The notes beneath the pieces were generated by a model. It did not search any database and had not been told where the DNA came from. It saw only the letters and a list, made by a program, of their open reading frames with translations. Shown piece after piece: positions 60,268 through 64,000 of a stretch of 64,000 nt of DNA. This DNA comes from Promethearchaeota archaeon (GTDB lineage: Archaea; Asgardarchaeota; Lokiarchaeia; Sigyniarchaeales; SOKP01), in assembly GCA_030599585.1 (NCBI GenBank), contig JAUVNS010000009.1, positions 96,001 through 160,000 of the forward strand. Reading direction: 5' to 3'. The stretch's first letter is position 1; every line of letters begins with the position of its first letter. The position numbers and the translations under genes are program-made.

Positions 60268-60626
60268 ATGCACAAACACCGCATAAAGAATTGAGCAAAC
60301 TTAAGATATGTATAAGTAATGAATCTTTTTGCTTGCTCTGGGTCAACTATAATAAGAAAATTATCGCTAAGAAGTAACTCTAAGCTCTTACTTTTAACAC
60401 CTTTCTACCACCCGATTCGACCAATTCTAAAGGATCGATCCAGTCAATGTGAACCGAAAAGAAAGATTGCTTTAAAGGAATTAAATTTAGTGGTATTTAA
60501 AGAAAAAAATTTTTCTTGTGAACAAATTCTTTTTACGAGAAGAGATTCATAAAATTCAACACATCGCAATACACGAGGAAAACAATTATATAAACTATAA
60601 TGGAGAGAATTGGATTGAATATATTA

Positions 60627-60905
60627 CTAAAAGAACAGAATTGGAAGCACATTACATGTCTTTACATCTATTCCCGTTGCTTCGCTTGGAGTCTTTATCT
60701 TAAAATTAGAGCTTTTATTTACTTCATTAATTAATTCGATAATGGTGTCTATTTCCTCTTTATAATCTTTAAAAATTTTATCTTTCTTCTTTGGAAATTG
60801 GTACATTAAGAACCCAAGGATTTTTGGTTTGCATATTGTCGCTTGTATTTTACTGATTTTCATACATAGACTCGTAATGCTCCGTCGATTTAAAATTAAG
60901 AGCAT
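60627..60905 (-). CDS. Hypothetical protein
   Basis: ORF overlapping the upstream gene end; no recognisable motif. Confidence 0.35.
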   Translation of the reverse strand: MLLILNRRSITSLCMKISKIQATICKPKILGFLMYQFPKKKDKIFKDYKEEIDTIIELINEVNKSSNFKIKTPSEATGIDVKTCNVLPILFF

Positions 60906-61338
60906 TCAGCACTTCGAAAGCGCGAAATAGAGGACTGTTTTCCCATTTTTTCGTAACTTCCCTGCCATAAGGAGTTAAGAACGCCTTATGGGGTTCTATC
61001 GAATGGAGTTCGATGTCTTTAAAATCGACCAAGTTAAGCTCTTTAAAACGCTTGAGAGCGGTGTGCCAATTAGTTTTTACCCGATATATCGGGATTGGAA
61101 ACTTCACGATCTCTTTAGGCGTCTCATAGGTAGATATTTTGTATAGAAGATACACCGTAGCGGGGTGCACGTTGATTAATTTTCTAAGGATGCTGACATT
61201 GTCTATTTCGTACAATTTACAAGGAAACAACTCGCTTTTGTCTAATATATCTTGAATTTCTCCGTTTTCGCTCTTTCCTACATCCATCACATCGTTTACT
61301 CTTTTCGTTTGTGTTTGGGGCATAAGACTCAGGCTCAT
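60850..61338 (-). CDS. Hypothetical winged-helix-like protein
   Basis: ALKRFKELNLVD...AFLTPYGREV wHTH wing pattern. Confidence 0.55.
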   Translation of the reverse strand: MSLSLMPQTQTKRVNDVMDVGKSENGEIQDILDKSELFPCKLYEIDNVSILRKLINVHPATVYLLYKISTYETPKEIVKFPIPIYRVKTNWHTALKRFKELNLVDFKDIELHSIEPHKAFLTPYGREVTKKWENSPLFRAFEVLNALNFKSTEHYESMYENQ

Positions 61339-61544
61339 TTAATCGTAATGTTAACTTTGGTAACTGTTAATCGTATTTAAAAGAAAAATCAAAAATTTGC
61401 TTTTGTTCTAATAATATTTCTCAAAAACGAATATAAATGATTTAAATTAAATGCATTCATACTTCTCAGAAAAGGTGAACACCCTTCTTCCTTTATTTTA
61501 TTTTTAGTTTAAATATATACAACAATATGGGTAATTGAAGAACT

Positions 61545-62489
61545 ATGAATAACGAAATTATTATAATTATGGGATATCCCGCATCAGGGAAAACTGTTAT
61601 TGCTAAAGAGTACGAAAAGCAAGGGTTTCGCAGAATAAATAGAGATAACCTTGGTGGATCTTTGGGCGATTTAGTTAAGCATGTAGAACGCCAATATTCA
61701 GAAAACGGCACAACTCTGTTCGTTCTGGATAACACCTACCCGACGGTAGAATCCCGACAGTCAATTATCAAATGGGCCCACGACAACGATTTCAAGATAA
61801 ATTGTAAGCACATTACCATTGAAGTAGGAGACGCCTTGTATAATGCTTCTAAGCGGTTGATCGACACCTACGGTAAGCTTTTAAATCCGGAAGAGATAAA
61901 AAAGACCAAAGAGGTGGGAGTGTACCCTCCGGTAGTTATCTACAAGTATCGCAAGACGGTTCAGACTCCAAAAAAAGAAGAGGGATTTCACAGCGTAGAA
62001 AAGATAAAGTTTAAGCGAATAATTGATAAAACGGAGTATAAAAACAAAGCTATTATTTTAGATTACGACGGAACTCTTAGAAAAACAAAATCGGGAGAGA
62101 GATACCCATCCACACCTGAAGATATTGAGATACTTCCTAACCGAGCCCAAGTTTTGAAAGATTATCAAAATAGGGGGTACCTCTTATTAGGAGTGTCAAA
62201 CCAATCCTTTGTTGCAAAAGGCGATTTCACTTTAGAAGAGTTAATTGAATGCTTTGACAACACCCATAAGCTATTAGGGATCGATTTCGAGTATGCGTTT
62301 TGTCCTCACTCTGCGTTTCCTCAGATTTGTTATTGCAGGAAGCCGATGCCTGGAATCGGAGTAGAATTTATCGAAAGATATAAACTCGATCCTTCCCAGT
62401 GTATCATGGTTGGCGATATGAAAGTCGACAACACCTTTGCTAACCGTTGTGGGTTTCAGTTCGTTCACGCAGACGAGTTTTTTAGATAG
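61545..62489 (+). CDS. Polynucleotide kinase-phosphatase-like (P-loop kinase + HAD-IIIA)
   Basis: GYPASGKT, RINRD, LDNT; then LDYDGTL, SNQ, CRKPMPG, MVGD. Confidence 0.85.
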   Translation: MNNEIIIIMGYPASGKTVIAKEYEKQGFRRINRDNLGGSLGDLVKHVERQYSENGTTLFVLDNTYPTVESRQSIIKWAHDNDFKINCKHITIEVGDALYNASKRLIDTYGKLLNPEEIKKTKEVGVYPPVVIYKYRKTVQTPKKEEGFHSVEKIKFKRIIDKTEYKNKAIILDYDGTLRKTKSGERYPSTPEDIEILPNRAQVLKDYQNRGYLLLGVSNQSFVAKGDFTLEELIECFDNTHKLLGIDFEYAFCPHSAFPQICYCRKPMPGIGVEFIERYKLDPSQCIMVGDMKVDNTFANRCGFQFVHADEFFR

Positions 62490-62681
62490 TAAATTACATA
62501 AATGCTATCTGGAAAATTCAATTTTTTTTGAAGAATAACACTGTTATTTTATGCAAAAACATTAAAAAACTCCAATATCGTTTAATCAGAATTAAGCGAT
62601 GTTTATATATCTCGGGAATCTTAAATAAAGAAATTCGTTGGACTCCGACGTGAAGGTCCTACATGAAGTAATTCGGCTACG

Positions 62682-63041
62682 TTAAACTTGTCGTAAAATC
62701 TGGTTTTTTCTATATGGATCGTAATTGAAGAGAAAAGGATTTAATTCCTCGCAAATTAACCTGTATAACGTATCGATCTCCTCTTGGAATTGATCTTTTT
62801 CGGGAGAATCAGCTCTTCGCCTGTAATAATCCCGAATTGTGTATGCAAATACGAGTACAATTTTAGTGTCTCGAAAATCAGGGTTTATTTTTGATTTCGC
62901 CGTTTTTAATAGTTGTTCCTTAGCTTCTAATACTTGTGCCTCACCGATAAAAGTGTCTTTTAGCTCGTCTTTCTCTTTTTCCACTTTATCTATCATTTCT
63001 TTAATTTTTTTTCTATATTCATCGTTACCTTTTTTTTCCAT
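62682..63041 (-). CDS. Hypothetical protein
   Basis: 119-aa charged helical ORF. Confidence 0.55.
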   Translation of the reverse strand: MEKKGNDEYRKKIKEMIDKVEKEKDELKDTFIGEAQVLEAKEQLLKTAKSKINPDFRDTKIVLVFAYTIRDYYRRRADSPEKDQFQEEIDTLYRLICEELNPFLFNYDPYRKNQILRQV

Positions 63042-63274
63042 AATTGTCCCTTTCTTCTTTATTATCTACTTTTTTAAAGAGCATGCTCGTTTTATGCTTT
63101 ATCGGTTTTAAAAAACCTAACGAATTATTGAAGTAAAATCTAGTAAGAAATACACCCATTCTGAAATAATTTGGATCTTTTTTTTATAACCTTACCAAGT
63201 TTTAAAAACTAAGTTATCTATTTACAATATTGTAAATTCTTTTTTAATGCGAAATTTAGAAAAGGTAATTTAAT

Positions 63275-64000
63275 GTGAATAAACCAACAAAAAAAGATAT
63301 TATTCCCCTCATCACAACTGCGTTATTTACTGTGTGGATTATATTTTGGTCGGTTGCGATAATTATTGGTGAAATTCCTCTTAACTTTGAAAGTATTTTC
63401 TACTTCATCCTCCCAGTACCTTGGATTGTCCTTATGGTGATCGTGTGGGTTAATTGGAAAAACATAAGTAGCAAAATACTCAATCCCGAATATGGAAAAT
63501 CTTTTTTTGATCCGCTCTATATTAAAGAAGGGCTTGTGAGACTATTCCAGATCGTGTTAGTCTTTATCGTGTTTATTTATTATATTACTATTGATATAAA
63601 CAATCCAAGTCCTGATTCTATTATTCCGACAGGGCTTTTGGTTGTTGTAAATGCAATTTTAGGGTATTTCGGTTTTACTCAATCGGACATTCTTCCTAAA
63701 GAATATGTTATCGAGAGTCTTAATGTTGATGTTCCCAGTAATAAAAAACTCTTATCCTCGCTTCCAGTTGTAAAAGACGCGTTTTATCAATTCGAGGTAC
63801 GATTTTATGATACGCTTAAAGCTATCGAACAATTAATTCAAAAATCTTCTTTGACAGTAAATGCAGCAATAGAAAACATTGAACAGAGATTAGATGACAT
63901 CGAAAAAATTGTAAATAATGTTCCATATTACACTTTTTCCCGAGATAAGTTCGAAAAATATAATTATCTCGTCTTGATTGTACTACTAGCTGTTATAAAT
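63275..64000 (+). CDS. Hypothetical membrane protein (3'-partial)
   Basis: GTG 63275 opens a frame with several TM segments that runs off the window end; not in the ORF track. Confidence 0.65.
   Translation, partial: MNKPTKKDIIPLITTALFTVWIIFWSVAIIIGEIPLNFESIFYFILPVPWIVLMVIVWVNWKNISSKILNPEYGKSFFDPLYIKEGLVRLFQIVLVFIVFIYYITIDINNPSPDSIIPTGLLVVVNAILGYFGFTQSDILPKEYVIESLNVDVPSNKKLLSSLPVVKDAFYQFEVRFYDTLKAIEQLIQKSSLTVNAAIENIEQRLDDIEKIVNNVPYYTFSRDKFEKYNYLVLIVLLAVIN

Larger units (their letters stand above)
32900..64000. mobile_element. Accessory/defence genomic island (boundaries approximate; may extend past the window end)
   Basis: Abrupt switch from dense housekeeping genes to defence-type genes, fragments, long AT-rich spacers, repeats and a transposase remnant. 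Confidence 0.6.

Noticed and set aside
62634-62681. GC-richer near-palindrome (CGTTGGA-C-TCCGACG) as an ncRNA or SECIS
   Set aside because: Too short, no in-frame TGA gene nearby, and no recognisable family features.

Overview
AT-rich archaeal DNA whose gene content (gatE-gatD, uL2, SRP54, eIF5A, Nob1, FEN1, Cdc48, a Roadblock protein, GGTGA-type SD motifs) fits an Asgard archaeon, probably Lokiarchaeia-like; this is inferred from content, not from a search. Bases 1 to ~32.9 kb are housekeeping and metabolic genes. From ~33 kb to the window end lies an accessory/defence island: a NACHT NTPase-nuclease, a methyltransferase-REase fusion, two paralogous STAS/wHTH-PRTase + PRTase modules with different downstream enzymes, a rhodanese-halocin-C8-like precursor, a Tn7-like TnsA-TnsB remnant and many gene fragments. 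Top finding 1: a 33-nt insertion with an in-frame stop in an alpha/beta-hydrolase gene (9846-9878, minus strand) folds into a canonical bulge-helix-bulge. Cutting it by tRNA-endonuclease rules restores the conserved HPHPQYGG motif, so it is a candidate mRNA intron. Top finding 2: a duplicated kinase/STAS-controlled PRTase-pair module coupled to either an AdoHcyase-like enzyme or a deaminase-EAD protein, a candidate nucleotide-based conflict system. No rRNA, tRNA or CRISPR array was recognised.
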